Shown piece by piece: positions 1-12,200 of a stretch of 64,000 nucleotides of DNA. The translations under genes were made by a program, and so were the position numbers. Under the pieces are notes generated by a model that was not told where the DNA came from, ran no database searches, and saw only the letters and a program-made list of their open reading frames with translations. This DNA comes from Balanoglossus misakiensis (lineage: Eukaryota; Animalia; Hemichordata): assembly GCA_040954595.2 (NCBI GenBank), contig CM082591.2, positions 4,449,957 through 4,513,956 on the forward strand, given 5' to 3'. Numbering within the stretch: the first letter of the stretch is position 1; each line of letters opens with the position of its first letter.

Positions 1-3000
1 AATAAATCTAGCTTTCAGCGCACTCCGTTTTCAAGGGATGGGTGAAAAATGAAATGACATGAGCGGGGAATAAAACTTCATGTTAGATCCATCATGTCTG
101 GCGTCAACAGAGTATTATTAATTTAGGTCGCATGAATAATCAGGTATAAAATCGTATTTATATTACTAGACACACATTATGTGACAGACGCGCTGTGCGG
201 CGGTGAGCTGTCGATCAAAGCCGGTCGCTATTGTTGTAATCCTGCATATGTATATATATCCCGGTTGCCATGGTTTCCAGTTGGATTCTCTGTGTGTCTG
301 ATGACCGATAAATCGTCAGAGACGACAGCCTACGGTTGACCTTTGGCACCGTCACGCGCATGCGTTTTTAATTATATTGACGGGCTCGCGGTTCACAAAA
401 CACGGAGTTCAATTATAGTGTTTTTCGAATCATTACATTTTTCGTTCGGCGTTAATTTGACGATAAGAAAATCGCGCTCGCGGGGAAATTTTCTGACGTC
501 AAGAGGCAGTTCGCATTTCTATTTATTGGTAGAAATGCCAATAGACTAAGCCCTGGCCTTCTAATAGGGCGAGAACGACTCTGACGACAAAGAATCCTGC
601 TTTCTGGAGAGGGGGAGGGAAGAGAGGGGAAGAGGGGTGGGGAGATGGAAAGCATGGAAGTGACTTATTCTCTGGACTCTGTAGAGGCTGATTGCTATTT
701 TCTCCATGCCCAGCGGCACATCTATCAAACATTGACGTACCATCACCCAGTGAATGTATCCCCGGGTGCGATCCACAGTTTGCGATATCGAGGTCGGTCA
801 CACCTTGGGGACACATTTTCAGCAATATATATCTCTCTAGTTTTTCCAATCTGGTGGGGCGCATTTTAAGATTAACAAGAAAATAGGATGATTTGATCTC
901 CAAGAACGTCAACTATTCCGGATGGTTCCGAATTTAAAACCAGGATAACGTCGGTGCATGCAGTGTGTATCCCCTATAGAACTAACTCAGCGAGTGGCGG
1001 CCATATTGAGTTTACTAAATTTGCAGTAATTTTGTATTGCATACCGTGATGTTTAGTCGTACTCTCGTTATCTACAGTAACGGTGAGATATCTTTACCGC
1101 CCCCAAAAAACAAACTGATTTAACCCCACGTCGTCAGGTTACCTGCCGTCTGCGACTGAAGAGTTATTTTTAAAATGCTCATGTTGATATTTGTCGGTCA
1201 GAAACATCAAAATCGTACAGGTACATTACAGATTGTGTAAACAGTGTCTCATTTTTTCGCCGTCTGGTGTTCTTGCACCGCTTTCTTGAATAGGTTCCAA
1301 GTTTGTCGACAGGTATACTCAAACTATGACCCACAATGTCAAAATACTGAGGCAGCTACGTGTTATGACGTTGAGGTGACCAGGTTCTATTAACAATGGC
1401 TGACGCTGCCTTCCTAGTTCTTACTGCATGCGAGGGGGTCAAATCATAGCATTGTGGGTAAAAAGGTCGACATCTCACTGAAGAGGTGGTGTTACCTGTA
1501 TTTCATGATTCTTTTGTGAATAAAGAATAAATATACAATCGCAACTGTATCTGTATCTGTTCGGACACATCCGCAAAATGACACAGTAAAATGCATCAAT
1601 GGTTGCCACTCATAGTTTCCCTATCTGGACATGAACCGATAAACATTGACAAAAATCTAACCCAACGACAATTCAATACAGAATTCTTTTCCGTCGCCGG
1701 CTGTGACAGACAATAGCGGCACTATAAGCAGATTATATCAGTCCACCACTGATTTATTGTAAGCAGGCTCCCAGGGCAAGCTAATGAAGTTGTGAAGGCC
1801 ATTAAACACATGGAGATGGAACCTCATCCAGACAAACGACAGAAAAGTTGCGCATGTGCAGTACAGACGACACCCCCCTCCCTCTTCAACGCATATGAGC
1901 AAGCCACGATACAGGGTCTGTTTGTTCAAATTTTGTTTGTTTTGGGCCCATCATGACTAAGCGTGACATTTTCAATCATCAAAATACACTAATCAGCTTA
2001 TATAATATCGACCAATCTCTGCCTATTTTATTGCCCTATATCCGTTGCCTATCTATTCAGATGACTGTAACATAGCTCAACATAGGCTTCGCGTATAACA
2101 CAAAGCTATTGGACACAACGGGATTAAGACGACCCCAATTCAATTGATATATTTGCAGCTTGCAACCACCCGTACGGTGCAGTCAGATTGAATAGGGGGC
2201 AGTCCCTCAGTTCCGTGATTGATGTACTTGTACTTGAGAACAAAGCAAAAAGCCGAGTTCAGCAGCACAGTTGACCTCGTTGAAATACATCTCATCTACT
2301 TTATGGTACCGTAACCTTGACAAGTCCGCACCACAGAAAGTCCACAGGTCAAAATCCAGCGCCATCATTAAAACGCACACCTGTTGGTTGGCACGCTTAG
2401 CGATGCCTTATCGTTCAAACAACACTGATATGCGAGAAGAACTAATTTATCAGGTCTGCTTGTTGACAATCTGCGAGTCCGCCATCAACATGGCAACGCC
2501 TAGAGCGTGTAATCAAGTCTGCATGTTGACCGTTTCATTCAGTTGCATTGACGAATGTGAACTTGGTGGGCTTCTACAACCCCCTCCAGAAACATGATAT
2601 TTTCGTCCCATTCAAGGCGACACATAAATGCCCACCATGTGTGCTGTACTTAGGCAAAAATAAAACAAATGCCCTTGAATATTTGAGGGTCGGTAGACAG
2701 ACCCAGCAATCATGTTCGACAACGTGACGATCTTAAAATCGTGTTTAAATTTCAACTTTCATCAAATATCGCAGGGCTTTTATTTCAAACAGGGAAAATG
2801 TATGTAGGATCCGGGAAAGCCTCCTTCGGTTGAACTAGGGTAGGTCAAGGTTGTATGTAGGCTTGTAAAGCGCCGTGTTACTGTTGATACGCGTGTTTGA
2901 ATTTTAGTCCGCACTAAAATTCAGTCGTGAACAATAACACTGCTGGTAATGCATATATTGACTGTGGTGACAAGGTAAGTACTTGGCATATCAACATGAT

Positions 3001-5264
3001 GAAGGGAGCAGAAAAAGAAAATGTAGGCAACAATAACAGCTAATGTGCCTTTAAACAATAAAGGGAAACTTTTGACGGTTGCTTTCGCATTTTAAAAGCT
3101 CCAGCGCGGCGTGCGCACGTACTAAACTCACCGAGTCCCTGCAATTTAACATAATTCCAAGGATTCAAAACGCTGACAACAAAAATGGATCCTGCAACCA
3201 CAGCATTATAAAACAAATGTTTGTTTAATGAAACTTGAATAAACATTCTAAGACATCATTTACAGTTTAGTAAGCTTGACAGCATACAACAACACGTCAC
3301 CATAAAACTACTAGGAAAAAAACCAAACAATTGCATTTTGTTTAAGATTCACAGCGGACAATGCTGCTCGTGTCAATGTTGGAAATTGTTCCGATTGTGA
3401 TGTGATGGAGATTTTGACAGCTTTGCAACGGATTTGCAATTCATTTGTGGATTTTGATGGCCACACGACAGACCGCGGCCATGTTGTTCCGGCCAAACGA
3501 CCTCGTCGGACGTCAGCTGGCCTTAAGCTCAGTGCGGATACCCACAAGGTCGCTCGCCCTTTTTTCCTGACGGGAGCGACGATCGTTGTCGCCATGGCAA
3601 CCGCCGACACGAGGACATCACACATTCAGACTTCACAGGAAATTTTGAAGCACTACTCTTTCACACTCATGCAATCGACGTTTAAGTTTTCCCTGACCTA
3701 ATAAACATTTACATGCGCTCGACATTCACAAACAGTTCTGCCAATTCCTATCATTACTATCGACTGATTTCCCGCCACTAACCTGAAAGACACGTGACGT
3801 CACTGTTAACCAGTATAATACCTAAAAATCCACGAAAATATTGTACGATATTTTTCTACACTAATCTTTAATCATTTTTCATACTTTTGTCAGGTATCGG
3901 TCAAATTATCCCGTGTTACCATTTTTAAAAATAATTAGAATACATAAGCTGTTTTGAAACGATCTTAATTTTTGGCAATTAATTTTTTTTAGTGTTAAAG
4001 GGGTGCTTTAGCTGTAAATGTAACAGTATTCACTTCTGAATTATCTGCATCTATCCCTGTTTTATCCTGAAGAACCATGGATGCGCTATCACTACATATA
4101 CTGCATCCGTGCAGTGACTATATTGGAAGCTGCCCATGCCTGTATGAATATATTGACACGAGTAATTTAAGCCGGAATTCAAAGGACGCCAATAACCAAT
4201 GATGGCGGTGCTTGTACTGATAGTGTTGACAAGCCCAACATAAGGTATTTTCAGTGTCTGTTGGGGCGTAGAGTTTGAAGGTTGGCGTGGCTGCTGCCAC
4301 ACGACAGCTCGGCTGAACGTGTCGACGGTTTCAGAATTCCACGCGAAAGCCGTGTGCATCGGTGCATCACAACAGGGCTTTGCGTTCAGTCGGTTGGTTT
4401 GGTTCCGTGTTTCTGTGAGAATACGGGAACCTCTCGCTACGTCACGTCAGGACACGTCCCCGTACACGGCGATACAATGTCGTGAAGAAATGTTTAAATT
4501 AAAGTGTGATCGTCACCGAGTTGGCGAACCGCGTGCAGTATAGTTCGTGATCCGGTAGCTTGGTTAGCAAAACTTGATGAGCAGCGGGGTGGAAGGAATT
4601 CCAATTTTAGTTACATATATCAGCTTAGGATGGAAGATATCAAAACGAAATGTCGCCTTATCACAAAGTTCGGAAGGTCGTCGCGACGTTCGTACACATT
4701 TCGCCTGGTGTCCCAACACCGTGCACATAATATTCATCGTTTATTAGGGAGTCCACTCAGGCAGGGCAGTAGGACAAACGAGTCCGCCTATATCCATGGC
4801 GGAATTTTGGAAATTAACGAAAAATTAGTACTACATATGTAGGACAACGCCCTGGCTCTTAACGTCGGCACCGTCAATTTGTACACACACGTCACGTCAC
4901 GTCACGACAGTCACACCGGGTTAATATCTTTCACGCTTCGCAAAGTACTGGGTTGTATATTAACCGATTCTTTTAGATTCCGGACTTGACTAGCGAGCGA
5001 TCATGAATTATTTATAACGTGCAAAAAATAGGGCGTTCACTTCTCCATGCATGCCAGCCTGAGAATAGACAATGGCTGCTTTCCTCTCATCACTATCGAA
5101 ATTGTCGTCTGCTGAAATGAAAACGAGAATATTATTGAGCAAAATATATGTTTGAGGCTTGAAACTGTCCACAGCTGTCTAACACAGGCGGTATCTCAAG
5201 GAGAATTTGTTCAGCTGCTTTTCGTGAGTCCGGCGTCCATCGATGTCGTGTCCTTGAGGCGGGG

Positions 5265-6167
5265 TCATTTCGCAATGTGATCGTCCGAGGCGTTCTCGAT
5301 CAAGGAGAACTGAGTTTCCTCATCGTCGTTTTCCTCGACGTGGGAATAAGGGACGCTGTAGACGCCCCTGGCGCGCAGGGTGAGCGACACGATGCCGTAG
5401 ATGCCCGCCATGACGAAGATCATGGCGGCGATGTGCCACGCGTAGGCCATGGTAGCGAACATGATGTTGGAGTGGCTGTCCTCGTCCCACTTGGGCCCGC
5501 TCAGCGGGTACAGGACGCAGGCGACCTGCCAGAACCACGTCCCCTGCACCATGATGAAGCAGGTAGAGATGAACGGCAGCAGGGCGTCGTCGCGCTTCCA
5601 CACCTCGGCCGTCATCACCATACAGTTGATGGCGATGGTGATGACCAGCATGTAGTGCACGGTGACGTCCAACTCCGACCGGCCGTGCACGTGGAAGAAG
5701 AAGAGCAGCCCCTCGACGAAGAAGGCCAGCGCCATGAAGATCTTCTCGTACAGGCGCAGACCCGAGACGCAGGTGCGGGCGAGCACGGCGGCCAGGCCGT
5801 AGATCCCGAAGAACGTGTACATGGTCGCGTGCTGCCATTTGTTGCCCCACACGAACGGCCGGTCCGGGTCAGACTTGTTGAACATCTCGAAGTGGCGATA
5901 GGGGAACGAGTCCATGGGCGGCAGTTCGACGAGAACACCAATAATCCACATACAGATGATCACCACTCCTTCCCAGAACTCCGGTCCCCGCGATCGCATC
6001 TTCCTCAGCCGCTGCTTCAGCTTCCCGCCGGCCACAACGGGCTCCGTTGCCCTTTTCCTGTCCCTGGCATTCCTCGTGATGAAGTAGTAGGAGTACTTAA
6101 TCGCCCACCAAACGCCGAACATGAAGAAAAATGTCCCGGGGATGGCGTGGCCTATAAACGTACCCAT
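5265..6167 (-). CDS. TMEM45: TMEM45 (DUF716) family multipass membrane protein, 300 aa, single coding exon
   Basis: N-terminus MGTFIGHAIPGTFF, plus WQHATMYTFFG, EGLLFFFHVHGR and QGTWFWQ motifs, match TMEM45A/B. About 7 hydrophobic segments; uninterrupted ORF. Confidence 0.9.
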   Translation of the reverse strand: MGTFIGHAIPGTFFFMFGVWWAIKYSYYFITRNARDRKRATEPVVAGGKLKQRLRKMRSRGPEFWEGVVIICMWIIGVLVELPPMDSFPYRHFEMFNKSDPDRPFVWGNKWQHATMYTFFGIYGLAAVLARTCVSGLRLYEKIFMALAFFVEGLLFFFHVHGRSELDVTVHYMLVITIAINCMVMTAEVWKRDDALLPFISTCFIMVQGTWFWQVACVLYPLSGPKWDEDSHSNIMFATMAYAWHIAAMIFVMAGIYGIVSLTLRARGVYSVPYSHVEENDDEETQFSLIENASDDHIAK

Positions 6168-6419
6168 CCTCTCTCAGTGTTCTCTCGTAAGCGTGTGGAA
6201 TGAACGATGCAAATAGCGGATCTATCTAGCCGACGTGTGTCCTTTTCACTATTCCGCGACTGTTCATATGCTAAGTCTCTGTTATTTCCACACTCGCATT
6301 CGGAATCCACCACAACGAAAGACACGGCTGGCTCTCTATCTCACCCGCACGTAAGCACTGCGCTGGTGCTATGTTTAACGCGGCGACGCGTTTAATGGTT
6401 AACGTGAAAAATGTTCCAT

Positions 6420-6695
6420 CCCCGGGGGGGCCTCTGTGGTGAAATTTTCGGTAGGGATGTGCGGCCCCTGTCGCGGACACCGTATCCGCCTTGAAACCGA
6501 TGACTCGGTGGCGCGTGACCCGTACTGTGCGAGTTCGGTTCGTTTTCTGACAACGGGGTCGATGTTGGGCCGGTTTTGCACCTGATCACCCGATAAATTT
6601 CATCTGGAGTAGCTCAGCTGTCGCGTTTGCGGGACCCCTTTTCGAGGGGAACATACCCGTGCGTGTCTCAGTATGGTAGAGGCCGTACCCCCCGG
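6420..6695. mobile_element. Possible GC-rich MITE
   Basis: CCGGGGGG ... CCCCCCGG inverted ends around a CpG-rich core. Confidence 0.35.
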
Positions 6696-9254
6696 TTTTT
6701 GCATTCCAAACAAAAACCAGCCGCGCACGGTTCCCCTTTATACAGAGTACGACAGGTGGAGGCCAGTAAATGGATGTCCTCGCTCCTTTTTCACAACCTC
6801 CCATGCGCATCAAAAACGAACCCTTTGGTGAGATTTATAGCTTGAGAGCTTGTTTCCAAGCAACCTATTGATCGATAACCTCCAGAAACAGGCGTTGGTG
6901 GCAGTATCTGAATTCGCCCTTAAAATTCGCGCGGCCGTTCCCTTGACGACAGCCCGGGGATCGCTACCAGTGGGAGTGTGAGCAGTACATTAAACGGCGT
7001 CCTCTCAAAAGAACAGTACGTGTGTATTTGCGGAGTTCTCTCTGGTGTAGTTCTGGGTCATGTGATTAGATAGTATCTTCTTTGAGTAGCGATGACGTCA
7101 TGAGACATGAGAATGAATCACGTAGCTAGTATGTACCGAGGGTGCATGGTCCAATTTATTTTTAGTGGGGAACGTTCATGAAAACAACATTTTCGACGAA
7201 CATTTTACGCCTTCAAACTTGAAACGAAACTGCAAGAATGTTGGAAAACAGTACAATAAATACTTGACGTTTTTAATTAGTCACGTAATGGAATGGAATT
7301 TTAGTGGGAAAAGTTGCAACGCACTATTAAAAAGACTTCTTGTTATTTAAAAATAGTCAAATATCTTGCGGGACACCGGCAAATGTTTGGAATTGTCATT
7401 TCTTGATTTTACGGGTGTTTTTTTTTATTGTTTTACGTTCAGAAGTCACATAGATCACACAATAATGTGACACGGAGAATATGCGCGGTCAAGATGAGAT
7501 TGGCGCCGGTCGCCTATCACATACCTGTGTGAAAAATATTGCTTGGCAACGTAAGATAAGAGTCTCTCACATCGTAAACGGGTCCATTAGGCATATCTGT
7601 TTTGTGACTGTCTCTCACCGCGTAAATACACTGAGGTGTGTCCTAACGTGCCCCGCGCCCGCGTCTGTCGAGATGCAAAACGCCCCTGAGCAAATAATTG
7701 CTCATAATTTTTCAGCGCGAAGTCTACTAACCCAGTCGCGTTACATAACTTCTCTTTCTGGAGATCCCTTGAACAATTATTGACAACTGAAATGCCAACA
7801 AGCTAATAATGTAATCCGGTTCCAAATCGTGTCGATGACGAGTTTCGGCGAAGTTAAAAGGGGTGTGTACAGACAGCTGCGCAAATTTAGCCACGGTTAC
7901 AATGAGAACTCGAGATCAGCCAATGACAGATTTTTACAGGGTGGCCACACGAATTAAAATGCCTCTCCACATCAGATGTGATTGTATAACTTTAATTATT
8001 GGAGCCTAGAATGTAACTTGAAATATGCAGATTTATTTAGGGTTCGGGTCTATTTATGGATATTTTAGACAGATTTGTTTAATACAGATATCTGTGGCAT
8101 TGTTTATAATTTACTATACCCCTGGAGCGGCGCGAAAGAGTTGTAGCTTTTTTTTCTTTTTCATAAAACATTAGTTTGCCTTTTAATAGCTTACGTAAAT
8201 CTACATGCCACAGAAAAACAAAGGAATCAATGTCTCATCTACATACTTCTATACAATTTTTGTTCAAAGGTATTTTGTCCTTTGCATTTCTACATGCGGT
8301 GATTCAAACCTTCTCCGATATCAAACGACAGACCATTTGAATGTGTTCATTAGTGACTACCGTTATTAGAAACAGAAGTACGTATGCACTTTCAATCTTC
8401 AAGCCGATAAGCATATCATGCTGTCTTCCTACAGAAGACCCAGGGGTGCGCGCTTTGACGCATATACATGTATTCTGTTTCCGTACCGATATACAGTGAA
8501 CCCGAACATCTTTGCATAGTACACTGTTATATATACATGTACCTCAGTAAATCACTCAACTTTATTTGCAAACCAAAGTCTTCTCAGCACCTCGTTGGTT
8601 TGATGTGGATCAGTATCGGAAGAACCGGTCGCTTGGGGCGCTCTGCTAATCTCTTTTACTGCAGCGTATAGTGTAGCCTATGATCATGATGATTTTATTA
8701 CGCCAACAAGCCCAATCCACAGACTCAATGACATATTAACCAAAACAAATCATACCACAGATATAAGCACCAAACCACGAAACGTGGCCGAGGGACACAA
8801 AATGTAAACCAAACTCACGGAGAGTCAATGCATGTACCTGAACAAGAACGAACTCATACCAACAAACGTCTCACTGATTCCGCTAAGCACCGTGCACCTA
8901 TGCAAGGTCACGACTGTGGCCTGTGTTACGCGTTTTGTCAGCCTTGTCTCATTAGCACGTGCTGCTTGTCATTATTCGTCGATAATGAGCTTGCACTGAC
9001 CTACACACACGCCCGACGCTAGTGGTTGGAACGTGGTTGGGAACCACTTTCACACTTCAGCCCGACCCCCACCGCAGGACTTCACAAACAATCTGCATCA
9101 CAATGCTATTCCACCATGCCGGGCGCGCGTGGGCAATCAACGTGGTATACAGTACTCCGCACGTGCATAAAGTACGAGTATTTATTCTGCTACCAGCTGT
9201 AGATCACAGACAGGCACAGTCGTGGTGAAAGTCAAAATAACGCACAAAATAACC

Positions 9255-12200
9255 ATGGCAGATCCGTACTTGAACTTGACGGAGGCCCTGAATGACCTGG
9301 CCGAGGTCTCAAACTCCCTCGAGTCACTTCAGTTCAACATGGACCAGTTTTTCCTGATCATCATGGGCTGTCTTATATTTTGTAAGTACAGAAATTTCCA
9401 TCACTTTCCCATTCCTTTGTCTGGTGGCGCTGTGGGGGGTCAGTCGCACCACTGTCTGACATACCGAATGAAAATTACGAGTCTTTATTGCTCTCTTGTT
9501 GGATTAAAAAAATTGTGACATTTCTCGGGCTACCAGAAAAAGAAATGGCAGTGTTCAGTGTTTGAAAAGAATTTACGTGAGGATATTATTTTAGCCAATT
9601 TTGGCAACTTTCGATAAGGAATTTCACAACTATCAGGACCAAGGTGCCGAAAATGCGTAATAAGCGTGGCTACCAGCTCAGACCCACAGACAGTAGAGGG
9701 TGTCTATGCTCATACGTACTAGTATATTGAGAATGAGAAATGAGAAATGTATATGTACTCGTACCATAGTAATTACATGTAATGCCCTGCGCTTGCTCAA
9801 CTTCATGGTGCGGACATTGGTATTCTATGCCATAGGCTTTGTCCTCGGCCAGGACAATTCTACCGCCAGAATATACATCAAAAGCAGACGGTAAAAAATT
9901 CCATCACACTTTTTCGGGGATTTAGGGGGGGGGGTTGGTTGACATCGTGAGGAAAGAAAGTCACCCCCCCCCCCATCTGCTTTGGCCAGTCGCCTGTCCT
10001 TGACACCTCGTTCAAGGTCTCTAAGGTGATGATGTGGCCTGGCGCCATGGCAACGTGGTGGGACTATAATGTGGGTGGCGGCACAAAACTTTAAGGCTAC
10101 GCGTGAACGTGAACACAAGAGAAATTGGCGCGAAAAACACGAATATGATGAAGACGCACATTGGACCCCAACAACCCGTTTTCGCACACAATGCCTATTT
10201 TAAAGGGACACTGTCGCCTACGTATGGTGGCGCTCTTTTTTCGTGTATGCCACCCACTGAAAATCTATGATATGAGAAATTGTGTCTCACAGTGGCATAT
10301 GGGTCAATTGGAATGTAGTCGCCCTAAAAACTATTTGGTATTTTGTCAAGGAATAACAGCCTCAAATTTTTGGAATGTGGTAAAATAATGCGTTGTATTG
10401 AAACGTTTATCAAGTCCTTTGTCATCGCTTGTTTTGCATGAAAAAAACGGTTACATCACGTAATTGCATATTGATAAAGGGTTTTCCTGGGGCTCGACGC
10501 TGGCTCGGTTCAGTACGGTCCGCGGGAGAAAGTTGCCGGTTGACAGCAGCGTCGTGCAATCATGGAGAACGCTTTGGCAGCGAACATGACGGCCGTCGAG
10601 GAGCATCTACGCGCCGTGTCCACCTCCCTGGATGCGCTCCGATCAAACGCCGACCACTTCTTCCTTCTTATCATGGCGTGTCTGATCTTCTGTAAGTACA
10701 TGCACACAAAACGTCATCGCTCCCCGCGAGGTGTGCGCGTAGGGCGTGGATCTGCCACACTCGCACTTTCACAATGTCTGGGTGCGCTGAACCAATTACG
10801 GCCAATAGGTTCATGGTCCACCCCGTGTGGGGAACTCCGTAGTGAAATTTCACATGAGTTCGCTAAATGGTTTATCACCATACAAGAGCTGGTCAATGAT
10901 CGGCTTAGATTTTACATTGTGGTATTTTCTTCGCTGCAAATGAAAATGTGTAACACAGAACCCCACCCCTTATATGTAGCGCGGAAGCTGATTTGCGACA
11001 GCGATTTGCCTTGGACTGCAGTACTGTAACTGTCTCCTTTTCTGACAGTGCTTTTCTTGGATCGAGTGCGACTCTTATGTCCTGCCTGCACCAGTCAAAG
11101 ACATAGAAAATACGAGAACATTTTTGCGCATGTTGGAATGAACGGCCGAATAGTGAAGGTTTTGTTTATATTGATGGCACGGACAGATCAAATCCCAGTG
11201 TCGGCGATCACACATTTACGTTGTGCCGCCATGATTTTTGTGTACATCAGCGTTCACAATTATGTCGCCGGTTTCGGACACGTTATTTTGACCATGCCTT
11301 GGGAATTTCCGGGGGAATTTCATATCATCTCGATAAATTTTCTGTCCACTGCGTCTGTGAGTCCCAAACATGCTAGGATCACGCAGTCGCAGCATGTATG
11401 AATATATTCATGACACTGTTAACAGGTGGACAATAGAAATTTCCATTTCAATGGCGTTTTATCACAGTCAGGGGAAGCACTTCACACCGCAATATGCTAA
11501 TTAGAAAATCTGGAAACCAAAATATCCGAAGAGATCCTTTGTTTGGAAGGAACTTATGACCGAGAAATTCGTTCCGGAAATTTCTTTTTCGTTATTACTG
11601 AGAGACTAAAATAAAAGCGACACCTCGAGGTTTGTCTAGGATATTCGCAAAGTTTAGATAAGTTGTTGTTTTTTCTTTGAACTATCGCCGAACAGTCTGT
11701 GATGTTTCGTTAGAAATCCAGTGTTTAAATCTATTATTATTATAATAACAAATAAAATAAAAAAATTATAATTTGCAGTTATGCAGTGTGGGTTTGCCTT
11801 CTTAGAAGCTGGGTCGGTTCGAAGCAAGAATACAACGAATATCCTTATCAAGAATCTTCTGGATGTTTGTAAGTGACATTGTATGATATCAATTCTATTC
11901 GTTGTTATAGATTGAGTCTTGGTATGCCCGTTAATCGTGAGGTTGGGTCCAAAATGATGATGATGATGATGATGATGATGAAGATGATGATGACGATATT
12001 ACTGGTGTTGAAGTTCAGCTGTAAACTACAGAGCTAAACACGGTGCTTGTAATCTCTCCACACAGGTTTGGGAGCGTTCGCTTACTGGGCCGTCGGTTAC
12101 GCCTTTGCGTTCGGCGGCGGCAACAAGTTCATCGGAAACAGACACTTCTTCTTCGAGAGCCTCAGCAATGACATGCTGTCCCACTGGTTCTTCCATTTCG

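Noticed and set aside
2207-2368. Short minus-strand ORF MMALDFDLWTFCGADLSR..., faintly like an ABCC/SUR N-terminus
   Set aside because: No good donor site and no downstream ABC exons found.
5277-6203. 308-aa ORF antisense to TMEM45
   Set aside because: Typical shadow ORF produced by high GC3 on the coding strand; no recognisable domain.
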